Shown: positions 1 through 12,089, counted from the stretch's first letter. The stretch: DNA of 64,000 nt from Eledone cirrhosa (GCA_964016885.1 OZ024761.1:744001-808000), one strand, 5' to 3'. Translations and numbers: made by a program. Notes: generated from the sequence alone by a model not told the origin.

Positions 1-293
1 TTCGTCTGTGAGGCAATGCAAGCTGGAGTGGATAATCACAGTAGTGAGTATAAGTGAGAGCATGAGTGCCTGAGTTTGAGTGCGACTACAAGTGTTGATA
101 AAGGAGACAACTTTAGGATCTGTCAGTCTGTCTGTTCTGTTTGTCCATCTTAGGTTCTCAAGCTAAAACAATCACTAAATAGCTAGATAAATACAAAAAT
201 AAGCTCAACTAAAACAACAATAACAGCATTACAGCAACGTAAAATAATTATAAATTTGAAAATTGAATTAGAAGATTTCACCGTAAATTTTAC

Positions 294-674
294 TATTCTC
301 GGGTCTCAAATAATCGTCCCCATCCCTGCTTGTTAATTTTTCAGATTTTTTCTACCCTCATTCGTTAAAATTTGCTAATCTTTCTCTGTCAACATTTTAT
401 TTTAAGTTGTAGCATTGCTGCAGCATTTAATTTACTTTGTACATTAAAAAACATTATACTTGACAAAAAAAGAACATTACTAGAAATCCCATACATTATA
501 AAATAAATAGGATTGGTTGGGGCCTCATTAAGTAAACTAAATGACAATTCCTGGTTTTTAAACAAAATCAAAGGAGACAACCTGGAAAAATTACAGATGT
601 TTCATCTTCATCACTTATTCCAACCCCAACACCTGCTTATTCAAACCACACCTATTATTTAGGACCCAAGAGTA
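294..674. mobile_element. MITE with TA-bounded TIRs; partial copies at about 1150-1222 and 20848-21068
   Basis: tattctcgggtctcaaataat versus attatttaggacccaagagta; internal sequence shared with the 20848 copy. Confidence 0.7.
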
Positions 675-692
675 ACAAATATATATATATAT

Positions 693-1063
693 CATCATCA
701 TCATTTTACGTCCGCTTGGGTGGGATGGGAACTGATTCTGGCTTGATTTCTACAGCTGGATGCCCTTCCTAACACCAACATCATTTTACAGTGAGTGCTG
801 GGTGCTTTTTTTTCGAGGCGCATACACGTCCACTTTACAGTGTGGACTGGGTGCTTTTTTGCTGTGGCACCTCCACGACCACTTTGCAGTGGAATGATAG
901 GGACTCCAGTCCCTATCATCTCATTTCTACAGCTGAGTAAACTGGAGCAATGTAAAATAAAGTGTCTTGCTCAAGGAAACAACACATCACCTGGTCTGAG
1001 AATTGAACTCATAACCTTTCGACTGCAAGGCCAATGCTCTAGCCACTAAGCCATGTGCCTCCA
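693..1063 (-). mobile_element. tRNA-head, CORE-like SINE with RTE-derived 3' tail ending in (GAT)n
   Basis: Reverse complement of 6132-6408; tail matches the LINE 3' UTR at 61130-61400. Partial copies near 23540-23765, 32500-32750, 38005-38130, 39385-39455. Confidence 0.75.
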
Positions 1064-2035
1064 TATATATACTGTCAGACAGAATAGCCACAAACATATG
1101 GTGATGATGAGGGTGAAGAGGCTTATATCAGACTTATCGTTTATGAAAATTACTGATTTTCCACTGCCATTCCTGCTTATTTCATTCAACCCCCAGCCTT
1201 ATTGTTTGGGACCACGCGAGTAAATAAAATAGTCTTATAATACCAGGTCACGACAAAAAGTACCCGGCACACATTTGCAGAAGGGCATCCAGCCATAGAA
1301 AACCAGCCCCCAAACACCCAGCCCACACTGTAAAGTGGATGTGTAAAAGACACAGCAAAAAGCACCCAGCATACACTGTCAATGTGGTTGGCGTTAGGAA
1401 GGGCATCCTGCCGTAGTAGAAAACCAGCCAGAAACTCTCCTATATGAGCGAGACATGATCACCCGAGACAACTTGCCTCTAAATGGGACAAACACGTCTA
1501 ACCCATGCTAGCATGGAAGATAGACGTTAATCGGCGATGATGTATAAACCCTCTATTTTATTTAGTCAAAGCTACAATGAAATCTTCTCATTCATTTTTC
1601 AAATTTTGCTTGTCATTTTCTAAACATGTGCTTATTTAATTATAATATATATACACAAAGCTAATTTTCAAACAAATCTAAGCTCTGTATCATATATACA
1701 CACACAGGTGGGTTCCCGATTGAGATTGGGAAGTGACCACAGTTCAAAAATGTACTCAATAGGTTGGTTGAGTATAGGCATATTTATTTTATATAGAAAT
1801 GACTGCTACAGGATAAGAACTGTTTATCATTCAAATTAAATCATCTTACGAATGAAACAGTTCTAGTCATGTAGGAGTTATGTTTATATATGCAAATAAA
1901 TAAAATTGACAAACATAACACACAAAAAAAATAATAGATATTTAAATATAACAATTTTTTAAAAATTATTAAAAACACAGCAAAACAACAACAACAACAA
2001 CAAAAGCAACTAAATTAGAATGAAGGCATGCATAC

Positions 2036-2437
2036 CATTGTCATCAAAGTCTTCGGGCAAATGACTGCCCAAGGGTGGGGCCCGGTAAGAAGAAGAGGAG
2101 GAGGAGGAGGAAACAGAAGAGGAGGGAGGAACCAACAACGATGGCGATGATGAGGACCTGCAGGCATTCGAAGAAGGAGGGCTGGCAGAGGAGTAGCTGG
2201 TCGAGGAAGCGGAAGCAGCTGGAACTGAGGGCACGAAGCTACTGAATCCCCCAGCGACACCGCCGCTAATGTCGCTATCAACATCACTACTGTCCACACC
2301 ACTACCACCACCACCGCTGCTGCTGCTACTGGTGGTGGTGGTGGTGGTGCCGCCACTTCCACTACTCAAGTTTTCCAGCATGGCCTCACAACTGTTATAT
2401 GTAGACATCATGGCTTTCAGTACACTGCGTTTCGGAC
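2036..2437 (-). CDS. STRN3: Striatin exon 10 (symmetric; Ser/Gly/Thr low-complexity expansion)
   Basis: ctttag|GT...AATG|gtatgc; 402 nt, phase 1-1; SPKRSVLKAMM...AMLENL resembles STRN RPNRSKLQDMLANL; donor position less certain. Confidence 0.78.
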
Positions 2438-3174
2438 CTAAAGACACAGGATGAAAAAAAGCAGAATAGGTTGATTGGTTGGTTGGTTGGTTGTTTTTTT
2501 TTGTTTTTGTTTTTGTTTTTTTTGTTTTTTGTTTTTTTTTTTGTTTTTTGGGGTTTTTTTTATTACCTATTTTAACAGGTGAGAAACTGGCCTTTTGTTT
2601 AGTATTATTGTTATTATTATTGTAAACAAGGTATTGTAAACAAGGTATTTGCTTGAAGCATTGTGGAATAAGAAATAAAAATTTAACTAGGAAAATATGT
2701 TTAAATATTTGGACTTTTATCCTATTTTCTCTAAGTCCTATTACCTTGGCACTTATAATCTCAAACCCATTGTCAGGGCTTCCAAATATTTAAACTTATT
2801 TGCTAATTAAATTTGTATTCATTTTTATTGTTTTTTAAGATTCTTGGTGTGAAATCTTGTGTTGAAACAGATTGTTATACTTTGGGAGGTTCATGTTACA
2901 AATAAAAACATACACATCTGTTGAATATTTACTTCATCTTAGAGTAAATAGGACATGGTCAGGACAAAGTGGAGACACAGGAGCAACAATGGTCATTGAG
3001 AAGGTCACACAGGATGTGTGACAAAAGAACTTTGACCATTAACAATTAAACAACCACCCAGTTACTAAACTAACCCATGAATGAATTAGTTACTCAAATA
3101 ATAATAAGCTAAATTGGTGTGTTTTTATTGGCAGCATGACCCTACCAAAGTATGACATTATTATTATTATTATT

Positions 3175-3368
3175 GGCGGGGGATTGGCAGTATCGGTAGA
3201 GGGTCGGACGCCATGCTTTGCAGCACCGTTACGTCCCTTTACGGAGTGAGTTCAAATCCCCCGGAGGTTAACTTTGCCTTTCATCCTTAAGGGGTCGATA
3301 AAATAAAGTACCAGTAATACACTGGGATAATTGCTGGCCTTGTGTCAAAAGTAGAAACAATTATTATT
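3175..3368 (+). mobile_element. tRNA-derived SINE with Nin-like central domain, in (TTA)n; representative of about 15 copies
   Basis: A/B boxes (tggcagtatcgg, gagttcaaatcc) and gcctttcatcctt..ggggtcgataaaataaagtacc. Plus copies near 8720, 19912, 20124, 20395, 24170, 38465, 38625, 38842; minus copies near 9070, 20315, 30200, 41250, 44210, 47310, 48375. Confidence 0.9.
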
Positions 3369-4815
3369 ATCATTGGAAGAAGAAAAAGAAAAAGAGTGTT
3401 GCAGATTGTTCAAAGCATTATGACATACATGGGAATCTAGTGGATTATAAAAGGCTCCAGCAATGCAGGTCCAACAGTAAAACATTTGAAGTGTTACTAT
3501 AGAAATATTTCATTTTGAGCGGACACTTCATTTGCGTCAAGACAACACCAACCTCTTTAGTGTTGGTAACATGATAAAACACACCCAGCACACTCTGGGG
3601 AAAAGAAGAGTATCTAGCCATAGAAATGGATGAGAGGTCTCTTTAGTTGTCTTAAAGATATGACAATCTTTTTAGTGACAGTGACATGTCAAAAGGAACC
3701 CAGTACACTCTTTAAAGTGGTTGGTGAAAGATGTTTCTAGTCATTGAGACCATGCCAACCTCTCTAGCATTAGTGACATGATAACATTCCTCCTGGTCAC
3801 TCTGTAGAGAGCAGGAGGCATATGTAAGCAAAATGTGCCCCTTAATCCACCTCAGAGGCCAGTGGTTCTTGTCCAATCCTTGCAAGCAGGGAAGATAGAT
3901 GCCAAATGATAATGATGATCATGATTTGGCGTAAAAATACCCCTTTACAGGGGTATTAAGAAATTATACATCCATTTCATAGAAATTATACAACCATTTC
4001 ATTAGTATGCTGATTGACAATAAATCAGCATCTCAACCTAACTCTCTCGCTTCTTTTGTTTTCTAAATATTTCCGAAAAGGGGTATTTTACCTAAAATAT
4101 CAGGAAAAACAAAAAATATCTAAGTTAATATTTAATGTTGAGCTTGCAAAGCTGTAGTCTTCTACATAGTTTGTAGATGTGTGTGAGAGTTAGTGTTAAG
4201 GAGTGTGTGTATGTGTGTGTTTTAGTGCACATTATCAAATGATTGTGTGTGTGTGCATGTGTGTGAACATTTGTGTGTGTGTTTAAATCAACAAAGCAAG
4301 CAACTTTTCAGCAAAATATTTATATTTAGAAAGAATCAGATTAAGAGAAAAAGAAAGAGAGACAGAAAGTAAGGAAGAATGAGAGAAAGAAAGAGAAAAA
4401 AAACAATGCGTAAGAAACAAAGCTAGACATTGTTAACAAAGAAATAGAAGGTATATAAAAAAAAATTTTTTAAATTGCATACAAAATTTTTTTTTTAATT
4501 GTGAAAAAAAAAAAAATGTGAGAAAACTCTTTGGAATATTAAGATAGCAGAAGAAAAGCTGTAATACTGAAAAGGAATGGAGGGGGAGGAAGAAGATAGA
4601 TTTAGTATGGACATTTAAAAACAGGTTATGGAGGGTGGTGGTATGTGGGAGGGGCAATAATTGTGCCTAATATAAACATGGGACTCTAAATTGGTATTGG
4701 TGGGCAATTGTGGATTTAATTAAACAATTAAAAGCACCTAAAACACAAAAAATATTAATTAAAAGCAAAAATTAAACAATTAAATTAATTTTAATGGAAA
4801 TCAATTGTTATGCAC

Positions 4816-4877
<62 letters not shown>

Positions 4878-4961
4878 TGAAGTAAAAGTTAAGTGGAAAT
4901 ATCCAAGAGTAAAAGCACTCAGTCCATAGGACGAGTTTAGTATAAATAATTACAACAGTGA

Positions 4962-5020
4962 CATAAACAGATACTCAAGTTTCATTGGTTTCTGGGCCCC
5001 AATTTCTTCAGCCTGTTATG
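4962..5020 (-). ncRNA. Type I hammerhead ribozyme motif (left arm of inverted repeat)
   Basis: Minus strand: acagg CUGAAGA aauuggggcccagaaaccaau GAAA cuuga GUA ucugu. Confidence 0.75.
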
Positions 5021-5062
5021 AGAAAAATAAAAAACAAAGATGTTTGTTTTTTTATTTTTCTC

Positions 5063-5120
5063 ATGACAGGCTGAAGAAATTGGGGCCCAGAAGCCAACGA
5101 AACTTGAGTACCTGTTTATG
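5063..5120 (+). ncRNA. Type I hammerhead ribozyme motif (right arm)
   Basis: acagg CUGAAGA aauugg-ggcccagaag-ccaac GAAA cuuga GUA ccugu; stem I acagg/ccugu; self-complementary ACUUGAGU stem III. Confidence 0.82.
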
Positions 5121-5237
5121 TCACTGTTGTAAATATATATATATATAAATACATAATCGGAGAAAGCTAATAGCGATACTCCGGCCAAATTCCAAACTCA
5201 CTCAACAAACATTAGGAAATACTTGAATATATATATA

Positions 5238-5317
5238 TACACAGGGTGTCCCCAAAAAATGTATACACACTCCAACAGTCTACTAATCAAAGTATGTGTA
5301 CATTTTGGGGGGACACC

Positions 5318-5324
<7 letters not shown>
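5238..5324. mobile_element. Tiny Tc1/mariner-type MITE
   Basis: TIR cagggtgtccccaaaaaatgtatacaca versus tgtgtacattttggggggacaccctg. Confidence 0.8.
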
Positions 5325-5348
<24 letters not shown>

Positions 5349-5864
5349 CGCACACACACACACATGTGCATATGTATGTATACACACACACATTTGTATG
5401 TCTGTGTTTGTGTACTATATGTGTTAATACATACATGCATGCACATATTTATACAAATACAAAATAAATAATTTCTTTAACATTCAAAACATAAAATTTA
5501 AAAAAATGTTCAAACTTGAAAACAAAAATGTATTTTTTCAAATAAATATTTTTTTTTTTTTTCTGAAAAAGATTTTTTTGCATGAACTGCACACTAGTTT
5601 TGCAACAGAATCGCAACAAATGAACAACTGCAACTCTAATAAAGCATATGTACATATTAATGAAGCAACAGCAAGCAGTCAGTTAGCAACAACGGCATGC
5701 AGGATAGTGTGGTAAACGGGAGAGAGAGAGAGAGATGTAGTGTGACGAGGTTGTAATGAGGCAAGCAGCTGTGTTAAACACATGCAAATTATGACAACAA
5801 CAACATTAAAATCGGGGTGGGTAGAATGAGCTGAAGAGGAAATAACAAAGCCTATATATATATG

Positions 5865-6071
5865 GAGGTGCCACGGCAAAAAAGCACCCAGCACTCACTG
5901 TAAATGAGGTTGGTGTTAGGAAGGGCATCCATCTGTAGAAATCAAGCCAGAATCAGTTCCCATATGAGCAAGAGAAGGTCAGCTGACCGGACACTGCCCA
6001 CAACAGGACAACCCCCCGTCTAACCCATGCTAGAGTGGAAGAACGGACGTGTGATGATGATGATGATGATG

Positions 6072-6133
<62 letters not shown>

Positions 6134-6408
6134 GCACATGGCTGAGTGGTTAGAGCATTGGCCTTGCAATTGAAAGGTTGTGAGTTCAATTCTCAGACCG
6201 GGTGATGTGTTGTTTCCTTGAGCAAGACACTTTATTTCACATTGCTCCAGTTTACTCAACTGTAGAAATGAGACGATAGGGACTAGGGTCCATATCATCC
6301 CACTGCAAAGTGGTCATGGAGGTGCCACGGCAAAAAAGCACCCAGCACTCACTGTAAATGAGGTTGGTGTTAGGAAGGGCATCCAGGCTGTAGAAATCAA
6401 GCCAGAAT
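5865..6408 (+). mobile_element. RTE 3' tail followed by CORE-like tRNA SINE
   Basis: 5865-6072 matches the LINE 3' UTR with (GAT)n; 6132-6408 has a tRNA head, tccttgagcaagacac core and a truncated tail. Confidence 0.78.
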
Positions 6409-6409
6409 C

Positions 6410-6912
6410 AGCGACTTGAAAATTCTGGTACAAACACTACACTTGTGACAATTATTGACACATAGTGCTGGGCCCATGGTACCATGTGACGACAAGTGCA
6501 GAGAGATCTCCAGATATAAAGCAATGCCTGTGCCGTGAAGCTTTTATAGTGAGCAAAGGCACTGCACAAAGCCAGTCCCACTCTCTTAACCAAGATGATA
6601 TTTACCAAAAAGAAGAACAAGTCAACATCATTGGATACCATCAGGGTTGCAGGTGTTATATCAGAGTTTTCCTTCTCCTAGAATTCTGCCTTGACAAAGG
6701 CTAAGGGGTCATCTCTCCCGGTGATTTTGGATGGCCATTGACTCTTAAGAGCTCCTTTGCCCTTTGACAGGTTTTGTTTTTAGTCCTGCAGGATGTCCAA
6801 AGTCACCCTCCTCACCAAGAAACCTTGGTGGGGTTGCCAGTTTAGTCGCCAACGACCCGACCATGAGACAGGTTGTACTGGGATACATGTTACCAGTAGC
6901 ACCAACTGGTGC
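6410..6912 (-). mobile_element. Probable 5' end of an RTE-clade LINE
   Basis: Minus strand carries ctaggagaaggaaaactctg, which I recall from RTE 5' UTRs, and a CSVCTRIFKS zinc-finger remnant. Confidence 0.5.
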
Positions 6913-6939
6913 TATACATATATATATATATACATACAC

Positions 6940-7480
6940 ATAGTATTAAGGATACTATTTATGGTTATGTATATACTAAAACCTTTTATAGTTATATATA
7001 TTTTAAACCCTAAACAGTGAAAGACAGTAATTTATTACTACCTTATTACCAGTAAGATAAATAGCTCAATGTCATAACATCAGTTGTTCTACAGAGCAGT
7101 TATATAGAAATTACATGAATCAAAGTTCTGTTCTAACCATTTATTAGCTTACAATTGTTTCTTCCAAACCGAGGTTTGGAGTCTTCGGAGCAATTTTTCA
7201 ATGATTGTTTACATACATGACCTCCTTTCCAACACAAGAGACATACAGAAACATATGTATATATCGATGCACAGTGAGTTGACATCCATTATAATATTTT
7301 AGCATGTAATTTCTATATAACTGCTCTGTAGAACAACTGATGTTATGACATTGAGCTATTTATCTTACTGGTAATAAGGTAGTAATAAATTACTGTCTTT
7401 CACTGTTTAGGGTTTAAAATATATATAACTATAAAAGGTTTTAGTATATACATAACCATAAATAGTATCCTTAATACTAT
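6940..7480 (-). mobile_element. Penelope pLTR/retrozyme-like element: 178-bp inverted arms around a hammerhead-containing spacer
   Basis: Arms 6940-7117 and 7303-7480 appear perfectly complementary; flanked by (TA)n. Confidence 0.75.
7144..7193 (-). ncRNA. Type I hammerhead motif, variant core CCGAAGA
   Basis: ugcu CCGAAGA c-uccaaacc-uc-gguuugga-a GAAA caauug UA agcu; palindromic ACAAUUGU stem III. Confidence 0.7.
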
Positions 7481-7932
7481 ATATATACATATATATACAC
7501 AACACTTGCAAACTACCATGTATCTTGAATAGAGGCTCTGTATAACCAGTAGATAAGTCACATGTCACATGCTAGCTTTTCATGTAGTTACATGGAGAAA
7601 AGGGTTCAACTTATACACAAGTTTATATGGCATATGTGTATATGTGAATGTTTCTATATGTGGGTGAGCATGTGTGTGTCGTCAGTGATGGTAAGGGACA
7701 AGAAGGAGAACTGAAACACTATTCCATATAATCTAACTTGTACCACCCTGTGCTGTCCTTAATGTTTTTTTTTTTTGTAAACCCTTTGTGGTCAACAAAG
7801 TAAAAATTGCTATTATTATTAAAACAATGTTATCTCTGATTGAAACGAAGCGAGAGTGTATTTGATTGAATACATATAAAAATGAGAAAACTCATCACTA
7901 CAACAGCCGTTGAGACAGCAATGGGCAAAAAT

Positions 7933-8678
7933 GCCTCAGAGGACAGAGACCATCAGCTAGTGGGCCTCAGAGGACAGAGACCAGCAGCTAGTGGGCCTCA
8001 GAGGACAGAGACCAGCAGCCAGTGGTCTTCAGAGGACAGAGACCATCAGCCAGTGGTCCTCAGAGGACAGAGACCAGCAGCTAGTGGGCCTCAGAGGACA
8101 GAGACCAGCAGCCAGTGGTCTTCAGAGGACAGAGACCAGCAGCCAATGGTCTTCAGAGGACAGAGACCAGCAGCCAGTGGTCCTCAGAGGACAGAGACCA
8201 GCAGCCAATGGTCTTCAGAGGACAGAGACCAGCAGCCAGTGGTCTTCAGAGGACAGAGACCAGCAGCCAATGGTCTTCAGAGGACAGAGACCAGCAGCCA
8301 GTGGTCCTCAGAGGACAGAGACCAGCAGCCAGTGGTCCTCAGAAGACAGAGACCATCAGCTAATGGTCCTCAGAGGACAGAGACCAGCAGCCAGTGGTCT
8401 TCAGAGGACAAAGACCATCAGCTAGTGGTCCTCAGAGGACAGAGACCATCAGCTAGTGGGCCTCAGAGGACAGAGACCAGCAGCCAGTGGTCCTCAGAGG
8501 ACAAAGACCATCAGCTAGTGGTCCTCAGAGGACAGAGACCATCAGCTAGTGGTCCTCAGAGGATAGAGACCAGCAGCCAGTGGTCCTCAGAGGACAGAGA
8601 CCATCAGCTAATGGTCCTCAGAGGACAGAGACCATCAGCTAGTGGTCCTCAGAGGATAGAGACCAGCAGCCAGTGGTC
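7933..8678. repeat. 31-bp minisatellite, about 24 copies
   Basis: Unit tcagaggacagagaccagcagccagtggtcc; explains ORF 7882-8703. Confidence 0.95.
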
Positions 8679-9147
8679 CAAAGAGAGACAATCCACAAGG
8701 TGACTGACAGGCATTATTATTGGTGGATTGGCAGTATCGGTAGAGAGTCGGACACCATGCTTTGCAGCAAAGAGTTACCGCCCTTTATGATCCGAGTTCA
8801 AATCCCGCCACGGTTAACTTTGCCTTTCCTCCTTACAGGGTCGATAAAATAAAGTACCAGTAATGCACTGGGTAATTGCTGGCCTTGTGCCAAAAATAGA
8901 AACAATTATTATTAATACAGAATTAATATCAGATAGTATTAATATAATTCAGTATTAATATAATATAGTAAGGAATAGTTATATCAATCATAGTACAATG
9001 ATACTTACAACAAAAATAATGACAACATAAATAAATAAATTAATAAAAATTATATAAAAATAATAAATAACTGTTTCTACTTTTGGCACAAGGCCAGCAA
9101 TTACCCAGTGCATTACTAACATAGGCACAAGGCCAGCAATTTTGGGC

Positions 9148-10009
9148 AATTGACTATAAATCAAATAGCCAGTGCTATTAGCATCTCCAACAAGAGAGTT
9201 GAGAATATTCTGTACAATGAAATTGGCATGATGAAGATTTCTACTTGGTTGGAGTCAAATCTTCTGACACCTGATCACAAGCGCTCATGTCTGATTACAT
9301 CATGGGAAAATCTGACATTGTTTGAGTCAGATCCAGCTGGTTTCCTTGAACGTTTCCTAACCCAGGATGAGTGTTGGATTCATCCCTTTGAGTCAGTGAC
9401 AAAGAGACAATCCATGAAGTGGAAACACCCTCTTCCTCAACTGCTTCAAAGAAGGCCAAAGTCGTTTCATCTGGAGGGAAGGTGATGGCCTCAGTTTTGG
9501 AGGATGCAAAAGGCATTGTGTTTATTGACTATCTTCAAAAGGACCACACCAACAATGGTGAGTACTATGACAACTTGTTGAGGCAGTTACAAAAGTCCAT
9601 CAAGACCAACAACCAGGAAAACTGACAAAAGAGGTCGTGTTTCATCAGGTCCATGTTCCAGCACACAATTTTTTGGTTCCAATGGCTGTTGTGCATGACT
9701 AACTTTGAACTGCTTGATCAACCTTACTATTCCACAGATTTGGCACCATCTGACTATCTTCAGTTCCCAGAAATGAAAAAATACTTGGCTGGGAACCAAT
9801 ATCGCAGTGATGATCATGTTATATCTACTGTTGATTATCTTTTTGACCAACAGGATAAAAGCTTCTTCACCAATGAGATCCAAGCTCTGAAACATCAATA
9901 GACGATGTGTGTGGACCACAAGAGGTCTACGTTGGAAAATAAACCTCATTTTGTCACATTCCATGACTGTATCTTGGTCAGCCAGTGAACTTTTCTGCTG
10001 GCCCGTGTA
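9148..10009 (+). mobile_element. Degenerate mariner (DD34D) transposase relic with 3' end
   Basis: Frameshifted fragments FLTQDECWIH, GKVMASV..DAKGIVFIDYL, PYYSTDLAPSDYLQFPEMKK. Confidence 0.92.
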
Positions 10010-10263
10010 TCAAGCTGTACACTAATGCATATCTTTATTGTACTGTATCGTTTGCTGTGCTGTTTCCTGTTTACTTTTCGCATACATGTGTATATATATA
10101 TATATATATATGTTTGTGTGTGCAAGGCTTTCCTAATGATTTCCCTCAAATGAAACAGTTCTAGTCCTGTAAAGACCATTTCTATATTAAATTTGTTGTA
10201 TACACTCTACTAATGTATTGAGTACCTTACTGTTGTTACCTCCAATTGAACCCAGGACTCACT

Positions 10264-10294
<31 letters not shown>

Positions 10295-10470
10295 TACAAC
10301 TGTCACACTACTATATTGTCTCAATAATACCAACTAAGATAATTATTACTACCATTAATAGCATGATGATGAAGATGATGATGATGATGAATAAAAATAA
10401 TAATACTAATAATAAATAACGAGAGAAAATATTGATAAAATTTATGTAAAATAAAGAAATGAAAAAACTG

Positions 10471-10542
<72 letters not shown>

Positions 10543-10543
10543 C

Positions 10544-11576
10544 TATATTATATTTTGAGAATAAACTCTCAGTCGTTTACAATAATCAAACTCCAAGAAA
10601 AGGGGCATTTCCGAGCAGTTAAATACATTCAAATATATGATAAACACAAAACGTGTTTGCATTGCAACAGACAAAGTTAGCTATTAATGAAATAAACTAA
10701 TTAAAGTGAATACAATTTGTCTGTCTCGATATAAGTCAATAAAGACAAGCTTATATTGGCAACGGCCATGATTCCTGGACAGATTTAAATTTCAAAATCC
10801 AAACCTGTTCCGTAGACGAATTTCAACCTCGAAACCTAAATCCGTTTCGCAACGGTGGTATGTGAATTGAAAAATAAAGAGAATCGAAATGGAATTGAAA
10901 TAAAAAGTGAAATATCCAAATCTTCTGTGCTTATCAACAGGAATCCAGTAAAATTAGTACATCTCACATCAAAAATTTTGCAGGTCTGACTACACGTGTG
11001 TAGCCAGGCCAAACTAGCCGTCCCACATTCACGATGCTAGAAATAACAGCCGTTTATGCGGGATTAAAGATCAGCTCTACAGTTAAGGAGCAATATACTA
11101 TATTATATTTTGAGAATAAACTCTCAGTCGTTTACAATAATCAAGCTCCAAGAAAAGGGGCATTTCCGAGCAGTTAAATACATCAAAATATATGATAAAC
11201 ACAAAACGTGTTTGCATTGCAACAATTTTTGATGTGAGATGTACTAATTTTACTGGATTCCTGTTGATAAGCACAGAAGATTTGGATATTTCACTTTTTA
11301 TTTCAATTCCATTTCGATTCTCTTTATTTTTCAATTCACATACCACCGTTGCGAAACGGATTTAGGTTTCGACGTTGAAATTCGTCTACGGAACAGGTTT
11401 GGATTTTGAAATTTAAATCTGTCCAGGAATCATGGCCGTTGCCAATATAAGCTTGTCTTTATTGACTTATATCGAGACAGACAAATTGTATTCACTTTAA
11501 TTAGTTTATTTCATTAATAGCTAACTTTGTCTGTTGCAATGCAAACACGTTTCGTGTTTATCATATATTTTGATGT
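10544..11576. repeat. About 554-bp unit with partial direct copy and about 350-bp inverted copy, (TA)n-flanked
   Basis: 11098-11224 repeats 10544-10668; 11224-11575 is the reverse complement of about 10625-10977. Confidence 0.9.
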
Positions 11577-11597
11577 ATATATATATATATATATACA

Positions 11598-11658
<61 letters not shown>

Positions 11659-12038
11659 GTCAGGACCCTGACAGTTGAGCTCTTGCCGTTTCAACAGCTG
11701 GTTCCAAACTAGTAGTTTGGCACCAACTGTTGAAACGGCAAGAGCTCAGCTGACCGGGTCCCGATTCTACTACCCCAAGTATAGAATACTCTGGTGACTA
11801 ATGATCTAAACAGCTTTTTACTGCATCTGTTTTGATATATATATGTATAGAAATTTCATATTTCTAAAGAAACACAATATGTTTACAGGGAACATTTAGG
11901 AAGCCGTAGCTATGTAAACACTGGGGCTAACGCCCTCTGGTGGTGGCCAGCAGAAGCAATATGTATACAGCTATGCTTGGAGCTAAATCCTATTTCCATA
12001 TATACATATATATATATATATATATAAAATATAGAAAT

Positions 12039-12089
12039 GGCTTCTACAGGACTAGAAGTATTTCATTCGGGAGAAATCATCAGGAAGCC
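12039..12089 (-). ncRNA. Type I hammerhead motif of a dispersed family (family A)
   Basis: ggcuuc CUGAUGA uuucucccgaau GAAA uac-uucuaguc-cuGUA gaagcc; other copies give GAAACAG/CUGUA stem III; inverted copy at 12097-12150. Confidence 0.75.

Noticed and set aside
3175-3270. tRNA genes
   Set aside because: A/B boxes belong to SINE heads followed by conserved SINE bodies; no full cloverleaf
7882-8703. 273-aa repetitive ORF, CRISPR-like look, and CUGAGGA in each unit on minus
   Set aside because: 31-bp tandem minisatellite with no spacers and no GAAA hammerhead half
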